The notes: generated from the sequence alone by a model not told the origin. Positions 15,894 through 25,341 are shown, counted from the first letter of the stretch. The stretch is 32,000 nt of DNA from Verrucomicrobiota bacterium (GCA_008932965.1 WBXG01000005.1:1-32000), one strand, 5' to 3'. A program made the numbers and translations.

Positions 15894-16577
15894 TCAAAAA
15901 TCTGATTTTGTATCCTCAATGGGCCTTTTCATAATCGTATCCATGGCTGAATCATGGGGTGCACCAAGGTCGAGTGCTCGTTGATAATGGCGACGTGCTA
16001 CTTCGATGGCAGGTGGATTGTGTCGCATGTAATAAACTGCTAAATTAAAATGTGCGTCAGCATACTTAGGATCGAGTTCAATAGCTTTGCGTAAGGAGGC
16101 TTCTGAGATTTCATGCCACTCTTTCCGTCCAGCTACAATGCCTAGATAATGATAAGCTTTAGCATTTTTAGGATCGTACAGAGTTGCTTGAACTAAAGCT
16201 GCAAAAGCCTCATCGATCCTTTGCTCCTGAAGATCATTCAAACCAAGCAAGAGCCACGCATTAGGATTTTCTAATTTCTGTTGAAGTGATTCTTTTAGGA
16301 GACGCTCTGTTTCTTCAGTTTTATTAAGGTGAATTTCTACTGCTGCAAGATGATTGAGTGTTTCTACATCATGAGGAGTAATGCTTAAGAGCTGTTGGTA
16401 TTTTTTTTCCGCAGAGGTAAAGTTTCCTCTGTCGTAATCTTTGCTTGCTTCAAGAGCAATTATGTTTGTTTCTTGTAAAACCTTTTTATTAGTAGTTGCT
16501 ACTGTTTTATCCTCTTGAGCCTCGGTAGAAGCAACCCAAAGAAGAGAAAATATTAGCAAATAAAAACAGGGATTCAT
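15894..16577 (-). CDS. Secreted tetratricopeptide-repeat (TPR) protein
   Basis: 227-aa ORF with an N-terminal signal-like segment (FYLLIFSLLWVASTEAQ) and several TPR-like 34-aa repeats (AKAYHYLGIV, ADAHFNLAVYY). Confidence 0.75.
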   Translation of the reverse strand: MNPCFYLLIFSLLWVASTEAQEDKTVATTNKKVLQETNIIALEASKDYDRGNFTSAEKKYQQLLSITPHDVETLNHLAAVEIHLNKTEETERLLKESLQQKLENPNAWLLLGLNDLQEQRIDEAFAALVQATLYDPKNAKAYHYLGIVAGRKEWHEISEASLRKAIELDPKYADAHFNLAVYYMRHNPPAIEVARRHYQRALDLGAPHDSAMDTIMKRPIEDTKSDF

Positions 16578-16596
16578 CTGTGGTGTTTTTGTAAAA

Positions 16597-17400
16597 TTAA
16601 GAGGCTAATTCCTGAGCTCTTTTAGTGGCTGCATGCACTGCCCTAATAATAGTGTTCGAAAATTGTTCTACCTCAAGAAGGTTAAGACCTGCTTCTGTTG
16701 TTCCCTTAGGGCTTGCAATCTCGGCTCGAAGGGCTGCTGGGGAATCCTCTGTTTCTAAAATAAGTGCTGCCGATGATGCTAGTACATGGGCTGAGAGAGC
16801 TCGTGAGAGTGAAGGATCAAGGCCTTCCTGGATTCCTCCTTGAAAAAGAGCTTCCAAAAAGAGCAGTGCAAAAGCGGGTCCACTTCCACTAACGGCAGTA
16901 GTAGCATTCGTTTGCTTTTCACCAATTTCAAAAACCTTGCCGACAGTGGTAAACAATCTTGCTGTAAGCTCCATGTCATTTGCTGTTGCAGAGTGGTGTG
17001 GGGTTATTGTTGTGACTCCCTTGCCAATACGAACAGCAATGTTTGGCATTGTACGAATGATGCGTGCCTCTCTCCCAACTGCATCATAGAGATCTTCTAA
17101 TAAAATCCCAGCTGCAATGGAGATGATTAATTTATTTTTGAACAAAGAGGCATTTTGAGAGAGAGCCTCTAAGGCCTGTGCAGGCTTGGTGCAAAGAAAA
17201 ATCACGGGTGAAGCCATGATTGCTTCTTCATTATTAGAGGTAGCATTGACTTGATATTCTCGAGCAAGTTCTTGAGCTGATTCTCCATGACGTGAAGAGA
17301 CAAATATTTTTTCTTTTTCTATGAATGGGGCCTGCAATAGGCCTCTAATCAGTGATCGTGCCATTCGGCCTGCCCCAAGAAATGAAAGTGAAGGAGTCAT
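16597..17400 (-). CDS. proC: Pyrroline-5-carboxylate reductase
   Basis: 267-aa ORF with a Rossmann start (LSFLGAGRMARSLIRGLL) and a C-terminal ProC signature region (SPKGTTEAGL). Confidence 0.88.
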   Translation of the reverse strand: MTPSLSFLGAGRMARSLIRGLLQAPFIEKEKIFVSSRHGESAQELAREYQVNATSNNEEAIMASPVIFLCTKPAQALEALSQNASLFKNKLIISIAAGILLEDLYDAVGREARIIRTMPNIAVRIGKGVTTITPHHSATANDMELTARLFTTVGKVFEIGEKQTNATTAVSGSGPAFALLFLEALFQGGIQEGLDPSLSRALSAHVLASSAALILETEDSPAALRAEIASPKGTTEAGLNLLEVEQFSNTIIRAVHAATKRAQELAS

Positions 17401-17453
17401 TATTTGTAATTGAGAATCGGTCTGTAAGTGAAATGCTTGAAAAATTTCAGATG

Positions 17454-18866
17454 TTATAATTGTTGGTAAGCCTCTAGAGCATTATCTCGAGACGATGCAA
17501 GAGCGACAATCGGTTGGGGATAGGTCTTTCCTAGTTCCACTTCAGCCGATCTTAGGATCTCCTCTGGAGCTTCCCATGGTGTAAATAGGTATTTTTTTGG
17601 GATCTTTTTTAGCTCAGGAACAAAGTGGCGAGTATAGTCCCCCTCTGGATCAAATTTTTCACCCTGAAGTACAGGATTGAAAATTCTAAAATAGGGGGCT
17701 GCATCAGCACCCGAGCCAGCTACCCATTGCCAGCTGGCACTATTATTAGCGAGATCGGCATCCAAAAGAGTGTCCCAAAACCAAGCCTCACCATGGTGCC
17801 AATGAATGAGGAGATTTTTTACTAAAAAGGAGGCTACAATCATGCGCACTCGGTTATGCATGGTTCCGGTTTGCCACAGCTCGCGCATTCCAGCATCGAC
17901 AATCGGGTAGCCTGTTTTTCCTCTTTGCCAGGCTTTTAAGAATGATTCATTTTCTTTCCAAGGGAAGCGATCGAACTTAGATTGAAAATTTTTCCAAGGT
18001 AACTCGGGAAAATGGTAGAGCAGGGAGTATGAAAATTCACGCCAGCCAAGTTCGCTTAAGAAATGATTTTTATCTGTTGTTGGAATCTCAGGACCTACCT
18101 TATTGACTGCATGCCAGACCTGTTGAGGAGAGATTTCACCAAAATGAAGGTAGGGGGAGAGATGAGAGACATGGGCTTGAGCAGGATGGTTGCGTCCCTC
18201 CTTATAGCCAGATAGTCCATGAGATAAAAAAGTGTTTAGTTTTTTGTGTGCTCCCATTTCCCCAACTTCCCACTCCTTTTCAAAACCGTGATGCCAGGGA
18301 ATTGTTGGAAGTAATGCTAAATCAGACAAGGTCGTGGTATTGGTGGAATCTTTTAAAAATTCAACAGAATGGGGTCTAGATAATGGCTCTCGTGGTGCCC
18401 TGGAAGAGGCCTGGCGATAAAAAGGAGTAAAAACCTTGTAAGGGGTTTGATCACTTTTAAGCACCTCCCATGGTTCCCAAAGCAATGATCCATTAAAACT
18501 TTCACAGAAGATTCCTTGCTCCTGAAGTTGTATTTTAAGAGCAGTATCATTTTTAATACGCCATGATTCGTAGCAACGATTCCAATAGACAGCTTCAATT
18601 TTTTGAGAATCTATTAATCCAGTAATGATCTTAATTGGATCACCCGAATAAAAGTGAAGCTTTCCATCGAGCGCCTGATTTAATTTTACTAAGGAGTGAT
18701 GAAGCCACCAGCGACTCGCAGCTCCCATTTTAAAATCTCCAGCATTTTCATCATCTAAAATATAAATTGCGATGATAGGACCTTTTTTGGCAGCTTGAAG
18801 TAGTCCTGGATTGTCCGCAAGTCTGAGGTCTTGACGAAACCAAAAAAGGGTAGGAGAAGGTTTCAT
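17454..18866 (-). CDS. phrB: Deoxyribodipyrimidine photolyase (class I CPD photolyase/cryptochrome family)
   Basis: Contains TGYPIVDAGMRELWQTGTMHNRVRMIVASFLVK and WQWVAGSGADAAPYFRIFNP. I chose the ATG at 18866 (MKPSPTLFWFRQDLRL). The ORF-track start at 18923 would leave only 14 nt before sodN. Confidence 0.9.
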   Translation of the reverse strand: MKPSPTLFWFRQDLRLADNPGLLQAAKKGPIIAIYILDDENAGDFKMGAASRWWLHHSLVKLNQALDGKLHFYSGDPIKIITGLIDSQKIEAVYWNRCYESWRIKNDTALKIQLQEQGIFCESFNGSLLWEPWEVLKSDQTPYKVFTPFYRQASSRAPREPLSRPHSVEFLKDSTNTTTLSDLALLPTIPWHHGFEKEWEVGEMGAHKKLNTFLSHGLSGYKEGRNHPAQAHVSHLSPYLHFGEISPQQVWHAVNKVGPEIPTTDKNHFLSELGWREFSYSLLYHFPELPWKNFQSKFDRFPWKENESFLKAWQRGKTGYPIVDAGMRELWQTGTMHNRVRMIVASFLVKNLLIHWHHGEAWFWDTLLDADLANNSASWQWVAGSGADAAPYFRIFNPVLQGEKFDPEGDYTRHFVPELKKIPKKYLFTPWEAPEEILRSAEVELGKTYPQPIVALASSRDNALEAYQQL

Positions 18867-18937
18867 AATTCGATCATATACAGAATAGAACATTCTATTG
18901 TAGCTTTTGATCAAAGAAACCAAAACGAAAAAAAACT

Positions 18938-19375
18938 ATGAAGAAAATATTATTACTGCTATGCCTCCTCGGCGCTCTGACTTTTATGCCTGCTAGGGTC
19001 ATGGCCCACTGTCAAATTCCCTGTGGTATTTTTCATGATGGTCTTATTTTTGAAACATTAGAGCAAAACATAGAGACCCTACAAAAAGCCGATCATGAGC
19101 TCAGTGACTCATCTCTTTCTAACAATCAATCGGTGCGTTGGATCTTAAATAAAGAAGCCCAATCTGATCAGATCGCGCAGACAATGTTGACCTATTTTTT
19201 ACAACAACGTATTAAGCTAGATGATCCCAAACGCGCTGAAAAATTAGACCTTATTTCCAAAATTGTGATGCAATGCACCAAAGTAAAACAAACCACAGAT
19301 GCTAAGGAGGTTTTCACTCTTGGTGATGAAATTCAACAACTCAAAGGACTTTCTGGTGTTGTTTTAGCAAAATAG
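18938..19375 (+). CDS. sodN: Nickel superoxide dismutase precursor with a Sec-type signal peptide
   Basis: The Ni-hook HCQIPCG (consensus HCxxPCG) follows a 23-aa leader, MKKILLLLCLLGALTFMPARVMA. The mature length of about 122 aa fits NiSOD. Confidence 0.8.
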   Translation: MKKILLLLCLLGALTFMPARVMAHCQIPCGIFHDGLIFETLEQNIETLQKADHELSDSSLSNNQSVRWILNKEAQSDQIAQTMLTYFLQQRIKLDDPKRAEKLDLISKIVMQCTKVKQTTDAKEVFTLGDEIQQLKGLSGVVLAK

Positions 19376-19470
19376 GGGTCAGTTTCGGCTATTTGGCTAA
19401 TGGAGTGCCAGCTGGGATATTTATGTTATCGAGAAAGGGGAGAGTTCTTGGAAAGTGGTCGCTTCCTTTA

Positions 19471-20073
19471 TCAAGATAAATCTCCTTTTTCCACAGCCTT
19501 TTGAATCAGTGATTGTGTAAAATCCCAGAGCAGGGTGGAGCCCTTTTCTATATGATTGTTTTTATCGATGATCTGTTTTTGGGTGATTGAAAATTTATTC
19601 CAGATTTTAGTTTCAGAGAAACTATGAAGCAAGATAGGCATGAATCGATCAATGCTATTCGCAAATTGAGCTTCTGGGGTCTGTTGACTTTCAAACTCAA
19701 TCCAAAGAGAGAAGAAATCTTGTGCTTGCTCTGCAGGAAGAAGACCAAAAATCTTTTGAGCAGCCTTTATTTCTCGTTCCGATAACGTTGTATCATCTTC
19801 CTTGTGATAGTGAAAAGTATCACCACAGTAGACCTCCACAAGGTCATGAACGAGGAGTATTTTTGTTACATGAGCAATATCAATCTTCTCATTAGCATAT
19901 TCGGCAAGGATGATAGCAGCTAATGCTATCTGCCAACTATGTTCTGCAGAATTTTCAAAACGATTCTCATAGAGGAGCATTGTTTTGCGTAATACAGTTT
20001 TCAGTTTATCAATTTCTAGGATAAAACTGATCTGCTGATAGAATTTTTCGCCAAACAAAGAAGTTATTTCCAT
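19471..20073 (-). CDS. HD-domain phosphohydrolase (YfbR-like 5'-deoxynucleotidase family)
   Basis: 200-aa ORF with ENSAEHSW and LVHDLVEVYCGDT, matching the H...HD...D metal-binding pattern. Confidence 0.75.
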   Translation of the reverse strand: MEITSLFGEKFYQQISFILEIDKLKTVLRKTMLLYENRFENSAEHSWQIALAAIILAEYANEKIDIAHVTKILLVHDLVEVYCGDTFHYHKEDDTTLSEREIKAAQKIFGLLPAEQAQDFFSLWIEFESQQTPEAQFANSIDRFMPILLHSFSETKIWNKFSITQKQIIDKNNHIEKGSTLLWDFTQSLIQKAVEKGDLS

Positions 20074-20085
20074 ACTAGTGATTCG

Positions 20086-20805
20086 TTATTGTAATTCCCT
20101 TTTGTAATGGTGGATGGTTGTTTCAAGTCCGAGGTAAAGCGCATCAGCAATCAGAGCATGTCCGATGCTTACTTCATCGAGGCAAGGAATATTTTTTTTA
20201 AAAAAATGAAGATTATTTAAATCCAAATCGTGTCCGGCATTGAGCCCGAGACCTAGCTCTTGTGCTTTGTGAGCAGCCTCTACATAAGAAGCGATTGCCT
20301 CCTCTTGAAGTCCTGCTGCATATTTTCTCGCATACTCTTCCGTGTATAACTCAATGCGATCAGTTCCCACAGCTGCTGCACCCTCCACCATGGCAGAATT
20401 AGGATCAACAAACAGGGAGACTCTAATGCCTGCTTTTTTAAATAGTGAGATGATCTTTTTTAAATAATCACAATTCGCAATCGTATCCCATCCATGATCC
20501 GAAGTCAGCTGTCCCAACGTGTCAGGAACGAGTGTTACTTGATCTGGTCTCACCTCTAACACAAGATCTACAAAGGGTTGATGATCAGGATTTCCTTCAA
20601 TGTTAAACTCGGTTGTAATATTTTTTTGAAGCTCTCGCACATCTGCATAGCGTATATGGCGTTCATCGGGGCGAGGATGGACTGTGATTCCATCTGCCCC
20701 AAAATGTTCAATATTGATGGCTGTTTGAAGCACGTTGGGGATAGCGCCTCCACGTGAGTTTCGCAATGTTGCGATTTTGTTGATATTGACTGAAAGCTTA
20801 GTCAT
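20086..20805 (-). CDS. pdxJ: Pyridoxine 5'-phosphate synthase
   Basis: 239-aa ORF with LSVNINKIATLRNSRGG, GITVHPRPDERHI and NAGHDL, all typical of PdxJ. Confidence 0.92.
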   Translation of the reverse strand: MTKLSVNINKIATLRNSRGGAIPNVLQTAINIEHFGADGITVHPRPDERHIRYADVRELQKNITTEFNIEGNPDHQPFVDLVLEVRPDQVTLVPDTLGQLTSDHGWDTIANCDYLKKIISLFKKAGIRVSLFVDPNSAMVEGAAAVGTDRIELYTEEYARKYAAGLQEEAIASYVEAAHKAQELGLGLNAGHDLDLNNLHFFKKNIPCLDEVSIGHALIADALYLGLETTIHHYKRELQ

Positions 20806-20813
20806 GAGGGGCT

Positions 20814-21236
20814 TTAAAGTTTTAACGAAAAGTGATGACTAGTGAGCTCAAAACCATAGCGTAAATAAAGACGGTGAGCCTTATTTCGCATGTAACCACT
20901 ATCGAGGTGCACTTGATTGCAATGGAGTTCGTTCGCTTGTTTTATGGCATCATCAAGTGGTGCAGTTCTATATCCTTTCCCATGAAGGTGAGTCTTGGTG
21001 GTGAGATCATCAATGTAGAGAATCTTTCCCCAGGCAAAAGTCGTTATGAAACGAAAACCGATGGCTGCTACTGCTTCTTCTCCTTCAAAAATAGCAGCTA
21101 ATTGAAACCCTTCTTGTTGCTGAAGAAGCACCTTTTTTATAAAATCTTTTTTATTTTCAAGATGTGGGCGCAGTTCTAAATAGACCTCAAAACAAGCATT
21201 TATTTTATCAGGAGAGATGACATTTTCTATAGGCAT
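20814..21236 (-). CDS. GNAT-family N-acetyltransferase
   Basis: About 140 aa from the ATG at 21236 (MPIENV). Acetyl-CoA-binding-like segment HGKGYRTAPLDDAIKQA and C-terminal AHRLYLRYGF. The longer ORF-track start would overlap the upstream gene. Confidence 0.7.
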   Translation of the reverse strand: MPIENVISPDKINACFEVYLELRPHLENKKDFIKKVLLQQQEGFQLAAIFEGEEAVAAIGFRFITTFAWGKILYIDDLTTKTHLHGKGYRTAPLDDAIKQANELHCNQVHLDSGYMRNKAHRLYLRYGFELTSHHFSLKL

Positions 21237-21246
21237 GGAAAAACTC

Positions 21247-22146
21247 TTACGGCAGCAGTTCAATAATGCAGTGAACTTGATTCTGTGATAATTCAGCAAT
21301 CTGAGCAATTTGTTCCAAGGGTAAACCAGAGCGATGCATACTGATCACAAATCTTTTTTTCTCCTCTTCTTTTCCTTTAGCCTCACCTTGAGCAAGCCCT
21401 TTAGCCTCACCTTGAGCAAGCCCTTGAGCAAGCCCTTCTTTGTACTTGCCACTGAACAGAGTTCTTTCAGAGCTCACTGCATCCCAGCTTTTATCGTAGG
21501 CAAGTAATTCAGCTTCGCTGTAGGAAGCGATTTCTAGAAGAGAGATGGCCTCTTTGATCGAATCTACTTCCAAAAAACTGGGATCGACAACTTCTGTTTT
21601 TTCGTTGATCTCTTTTAAAAAACGGAGCCAAAGAACAGTAGCTCTTTTTGTGGTGATGCTGGTTGGTTTGAACTTAGGAAGTTCAATAAGGACCAATTGA
21701 ATATCTTCTAAACTCTTGCTTTCATCATGAGCATTGGTCATTCGGTAATGATGAAACCACTCTTGTTCTTGAGAAAAAGTGGTATCTAGTAACGCCACTC
21801 CATAGACAGGGCTGAGGTGTTCATAGCTTTTCCCTTTCTTTAATTGCCGAGCATAGGTTGTAGCTGTGTTGAAAAGCATTCTCTTGATAAAATCACTCGT
21901 CCATTGCAATTGCATTTCTACGATGAAGTGACGTCCGTGATTGTCAAAGCAACGCACATCAACAATAGAATATTTTAACGCAGTAATTTCAGGAACACTC
22001 TCCGAAGGCAAGTAGATCAAACTCTCAATGACGCAATCTGGAGGCAACGGCAAAATAGCATTGAGAAAATCTTGGAGTACATTGGGATGGTGACCAAAAA
22101 TTTTCTTAAAGACTAAATCACTCTTAGGGTCCAGGTAGCGTGGCAT
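21247..22146 (-). CDS. Rpn-family recombination-promoting nuclease / PD-(D/E)XK putative transposase
   Basis: The N-terminus MPRYLDPKSDLVFKKIFGHHPNVLQDFLNAIL is characteristic of the Rpn/YhgA-like family. It has an internal low-complexity GLAQGEAKG repeat. Confidence 0.8.
   Translation of the reverse strand: MPRYLDPKSDLVFKKIFGHHPNVLQDFLNAILPLPPDCVIESLIYLPSESVPEITALKYSIVDVRCFDNHGRHFIVEMQLQWTSDFIKRMLFNTATTYARQLKKGKSYEHLSPVYGVALLDTTFSQEQEWFHHYRMTNAHDESKSLEDIQLVLIELPKFKPTSITTKRATVLWLRFLKEINEKTEVVDPSFLEVDSIKEAISLLEIASYSEAELLAYDKSWDAVSSERTLFSGKYKEGLAQGLAQGEAKGLAQGEAKGKEEEKKRFVISMHRSGLPLEQIAQIAELSQNQVHCIIELLP
21374..21433. repeat. 24-bp tandem repeat (2.5 units) inside the Rpn-like gene
   Basis: cctttagcctcaccttgagcaagc occurs at 21374-21397 and 21398-21421, followed by the half unit ccttgagcaagc. 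It encodes GLAQGLAQGEAKGLAQGEAKG. Confidence 0.9.
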
Positions 22147-22220
22147 AATTCGGGTGTTCTATAGAATGGGAATGGGTTTGTCAACGAGGCATCGCGTGTT
22201 CCTGTCAATCGATACAGTTA

Positions 22221-24218
22221 TCATAAGTTCTTCACTCGGAAAATATGCGCTGGGTGTGTGAGTGGATTGAGAGAGATAAAATTATGAGTTCCTTTCCACT
22301 CATAGCATTCCCCGGTGAGAAGATCTTCGACACAATAAGGACTTTCATAAGGAATTCCTAGCCGATGGAGAGGGATTTCTACCGTTGCTGCTTGCTGCTG
22401 GTGAGGATCTAGATTGACCATAATCAAGAGATGGTTTGTGTTATCTTCCGAAGATCTTAAATAAGCAATAATAGCATTATTATTACTATGGCAAAATTGA
22501 AGCTGATGGGTGTTTTGAAGGGCACTGTTAGAGTTGCGAATCTGATTTAAACGAGTAATCCAAGGTTTGATATTGCCAGGAGCATTCCAATCACGTTCCT
22601 TAAATTGATATTTTTCTGAATCAGCATACTCCTCCTTGCCAGGCAGAGCAGCATTTTCACAAAGTTCAAAACCACTATAAATTCCATAAATCGAAGAGAG
22701 GGTGGCTGCCAAAGCAGCTCTAATAAGGAAAGCAGAACGTCCCCCCTCTTGAAGATAGAAAGGGAGAATATCAGGAGTGTTGGGGAAAAGATTAGGGCGA
22801 AAATATTCTTTCATTTCCGAGTGAGTAAGTTCGGTAAAGTAATTTTCTAGCTCTTCTTTGGTATTACGCCAGGTGAAGTAACTATAACTTTGCGTAAACC
22901 CAATCTTTGCGAGTTTTTTCATCATCGCTGGGTGGGTAAAAGCTTCACTCAAAAAAATGACATCAGGATACTTTTCCTGAACCTCTGCAATGACCCATTG
23001 CCAAAAAGTAACTGGCTTGGTATGGGGATTGTCGACACGGAATATGCGCACTCCACGCTCCGCCCAAATAAGAAAGATGCCTAATAGCTCCTTCCAGAGT
23101 TCTTTCCACCTTGTGTTATAAAAATTGAGAGGAAAAACATCCTCATATTTTTTGGGAGGATTTTCGGCATATTTTATCGATCCATCTGGCCGATGATAGA
23201 ACCATTCAGGATATTGTTGAACATAGGGATGATCTGGAGAACAGTTGAGTGCAAAATCCAAAGCTACTTCCATATTGCGTTCACGGACTTGAGCGATAAG
23301 CCATTGAAAATCCTCGATTGTTCCCAAAAGTGGTTCTATTGAATCATGTCCTCCTGTTACTGCGCCAATCGCATAAGGAACACCAGGATCTTCTGGTAGA
23401 CATTCTAAAGAATTGTTCCTCCCTTTTCGTCCAGTAAGACCAATAGGATGAATAGGGGGGAAGTAGATAACATGAAAGCCCATTGCTTTGGCATCATCGA
23501 TGCGTGCAAGAGCTTCACGAAAGTTAGACCCCGATTCTTTTTTTCCCTCTGCTGAACGAGGAAAAAATTCATACCATGCCCCAAAAGCTGCTCGCAGACG
23601 GTCTACTCGAACTTGTTGAAAGGGCTCGAATAATGTCGAAAAAGAACGATCAGGATAGCGATGCATCAAAAAAAGCAGTCGCTCCGTTTTTAAAAAATCT
23701 TTCAAAGAGTAAAGGGAAGATTTTTTTTCTAATTCAATAGCAAAGTTTATGAGCTCTTGTTGTTCTGCATTATCTTTAGATCGCTGAGCCGCTGCATGAA
23801 TCAGGATTGCTCCTTCTTGTGCTTCTAGATGAAGATCCTCAATACCAGCCTCAATCTTTTTTTTAACCTCTTGCAACCAGGAATCAAAGGGATCTCCCCA
23901 TGCTTCGATCGTATATTCAGTGAATCCCACAGAGGTTACTTGAAACGAGCCTTGAAACCGATGGTTCTCAAGAAGTTTCATCGGTATTTCTTGCCACAGG
24001 GATTGATTTTTAGAATTTCTATTTTCAGTTTCAGTTGATTTTGAATGGCTGCTCTTAGCGCGCCATTTCAAAAGAGCACGCACAGCATCATGCCCCTCTT
24101 TGAAGATGGTAGCCTCTATTACGACTGATTGACCAGGAACACGTTTGATTGGAAATTGGCCCCCTTCGATAGAGGGAGAGAGATCTTCAATAGTGATGCT
24201 TGGGAAAGGAGAGCCCAT
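22221..24218 (-). CDS. glgE: Alpha-1,4-glucan:maltose-1-phosphate maltosyltransferase (GlgE)
   Basis: GlgE-type N-terminus ITIEDLSPSIEGGQFPIKRVPGQSVVIEATIFKEGHDAV plus a GH13 catalytic core (FRVDNPHTKP, FLSEAF). Start uncertain: I chose the ATG at 24218, and the alternatives (ATG 24272, TTG 24293) overlap the kinase gene. Confidence 0.88.
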   Translation of the reverse strand: MGSPFPSITIEDLSPSIEGGQFPIKRVPGQSVVIEATIFKEGHDAVRALLKWRAKSSHSKSTETENRNSKNQSLWQEIPMKLLENHRFQGSFQVTSVGFTEYTIEAWGDPFDSWLQEVKKKIEAGIEDLHLEAQEGAILIHAAAQRSKDNAEQQELINFAIELEKKSSLYSLKDFLKTERLLFLMHRYPDRSFSTLFEPFQQVRVDRLRAAFGAWYEFFPRSAEGKKESGSNFREALARIDDAKAMGFHVIYFPPIHPIGLTGRKGRNNSLECLPEDPGVPYAIGAVTGGHDSIEPLLGTIEDFQWLIAQVRERNMEVALDFALNCSPDHPYVQQYPEWFYHRPDGSIKYAENPPKKYEDVFPLNFYNTRWKELWKELLGIFLIWAERGVRIFRVDNPHTKPVTFWQWVIAEVQEKYPDVIFLSEAFTHPAMMKKLAKIGFTQSYSYFTWRNTKEELENYFTELTHSEMKEYFRPNLFPNTPDILPFYLQEGGRSAFLIRAALAATLSSIYGIYSGFELCENAALPGKEEYADSEKYQFKERDWNAPGNIKPWITRLNQIRNSNSALQNTHQLQFCHSNNNAIIAYLRSSEDNTNHLLIMVNLDPHQQQAATVEIPLHRLGIPYESPYCVEDLLTGECYEWKGTHNFISLNPLTHPAHIFRVKNL

Positions 24219-24234
24219 GAGGTGGAGTTGGAAT

Positions 24235-25320
24235 TTAAAATTGGAGTTTGGATAAAAAACTTGAAAACTCATTCCAATGACTCTCTGGTTCAAGCTGAGT
24301 TAACGCATGTCTGAGCCCCTTGAGAGCCGATGGAACATGCTCAAGAAAATGGGATTTTCCTCGATCGAGTCCTAAAAAACCGTAACAGCCAAGAGCCTGC
24401 ATCAAGCGTTGAAGTGCACAGCACCAAAAAATCTTTTCAATATCATAGGAAAAAACAAATTGGTGTTTTTTCATTTCTTGCTGATAAAAGTCGAGCAATT
24501 CTTGTCTCTCCAATGCAGTAAGTGTGACATAAGGATCACATAGTAGAGAAGCAAGGTCATAAGGGGCTAGTCCAGCTCGCATTCCTTGAAAGTCAATCAA
24601 TCCAACCTGATTTCCAAAGAGAAGAATATTTTGAGATTGAAAATCACGATGAATGAGTTGTCGAGGCAGGGAGGCAAGTTGATTTGAGAGAGTTTCAAAG
24701 GGGTGGGTAGAAAGGAGTTTATTTCTTATTTTTGGATCAACCTTAAAAAGAGAACCCAAGGCATGTTCAAAAAAATAATGTTGCTCCCAACGATAGAGTT
24801 CTTGTTCAAATGCTGGTTGCAATGTGACTTCCTCTTTTGCTTTTTCAAGTGAAATTCGATGTAATCGTGCTGCCTCGATCAGGCTCTTTTCATACCATGG
24901 GCGGCGCTCTTCCCATGAAGCCTCACGCATACTCCATAGATTTTTTTTACCAAGGTCTTGAAGCCACAACAGGCATTCTTGCTCAGAATAATTCATGACT
25001 GAGGGAACAGAAATACCTTGTTTTCTTAAAAAAAAAGCGTGCTCTGCATAAGAACTATTTTCTGATTTTTCTCTGTTGTAGTGAACCAGGATAAGAGAGT
25101 CTCCAGAAGTATTGATACAACGGTAAAATTCCCGATCAGAACCCCCTTCATAAATAGAAAGGAGAGTGGCTTGTTCAAACTGAGGAAAACGTTCGCTCGT
25201 TTTCCTCAAAAGCTGGTCATGCGTCATCATTGCATGATTATGAGTACTTTTGGACTGAAACGCAATTTCTTCGAAATCAGTTTTTAACTCTTTTTGTAAA
25301 AAGAAGCGGTAGAAACTCAA
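24235..25320 (-). CDS. APH-fold sugar kinase, AmgK-like anomeric kinase pattern; candidate non-canonical maltokinase
   Basis: 361-aa ORF with GGSDREFYR near the N-terminus, the catalytic loop HRDFQSQNILL, the metal-binding IDFQGMRAG, then APYDLASLLCDPY. It sits between glgX (21-nt gap) and glgE (16-nt gap or overlap). Confidence 0.7.
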   Translation of the reverse strand: MSFYRFFLQKELKTDFEEIAFQSKSTHNHAMMTHDQLLRKTSERFPQFEQATLLSIYEGGSDREFYRCINTSGDSLILVHYNREKSENSSYAEHAFFLRKQGISVPSVMNYSEQECLLWLQDLGKKNLWSMREASWEERRPWYEKSLIEAARLHRISLEKAKEEVTLQPAFEQELYRWEQHYFFEHALGSLFKVDPKIRNKLLSTHPFETLSNQLASLPRQLIHRDFQSQNILLFGNQVGLIDFQGMRAGLAPYDLASLLCDPYVTLTALERQELLDFYQQEMKKHQFVFSYDIEKIFWCCALQRLMQALGCYGFLGLDRGKSHFLEHVPSALKGLRHALTQLEPESHWNEFSSFLSKLQF

Positions 25321-25341
25321 TAGCTCTGTTCAAATAGGAAA

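Noticed and set aside
22147-22184. cccgaatt 8-mer next to the Rpn start as another repeat-family TIR, and a TTGACA-N15-TATAGA promoter for the Rpn gene
   Set aside because: Only 8 nt match the TIR and no adjacent family sequence follows. The promoter-like hexamers have a short 15-nt spacer and no supporting evidence, so I did not call it.
24219-24293. Longer GlgE N-terminus starting at TTG 24293 or ATG 24272
   Set aside because: These starts overlap the kinase gene by 38-59 nt and add residues ahead of the conserved GlgE N-domain. I preferred the ATG at 24218, but cannot exclude the others without homolog alignment.
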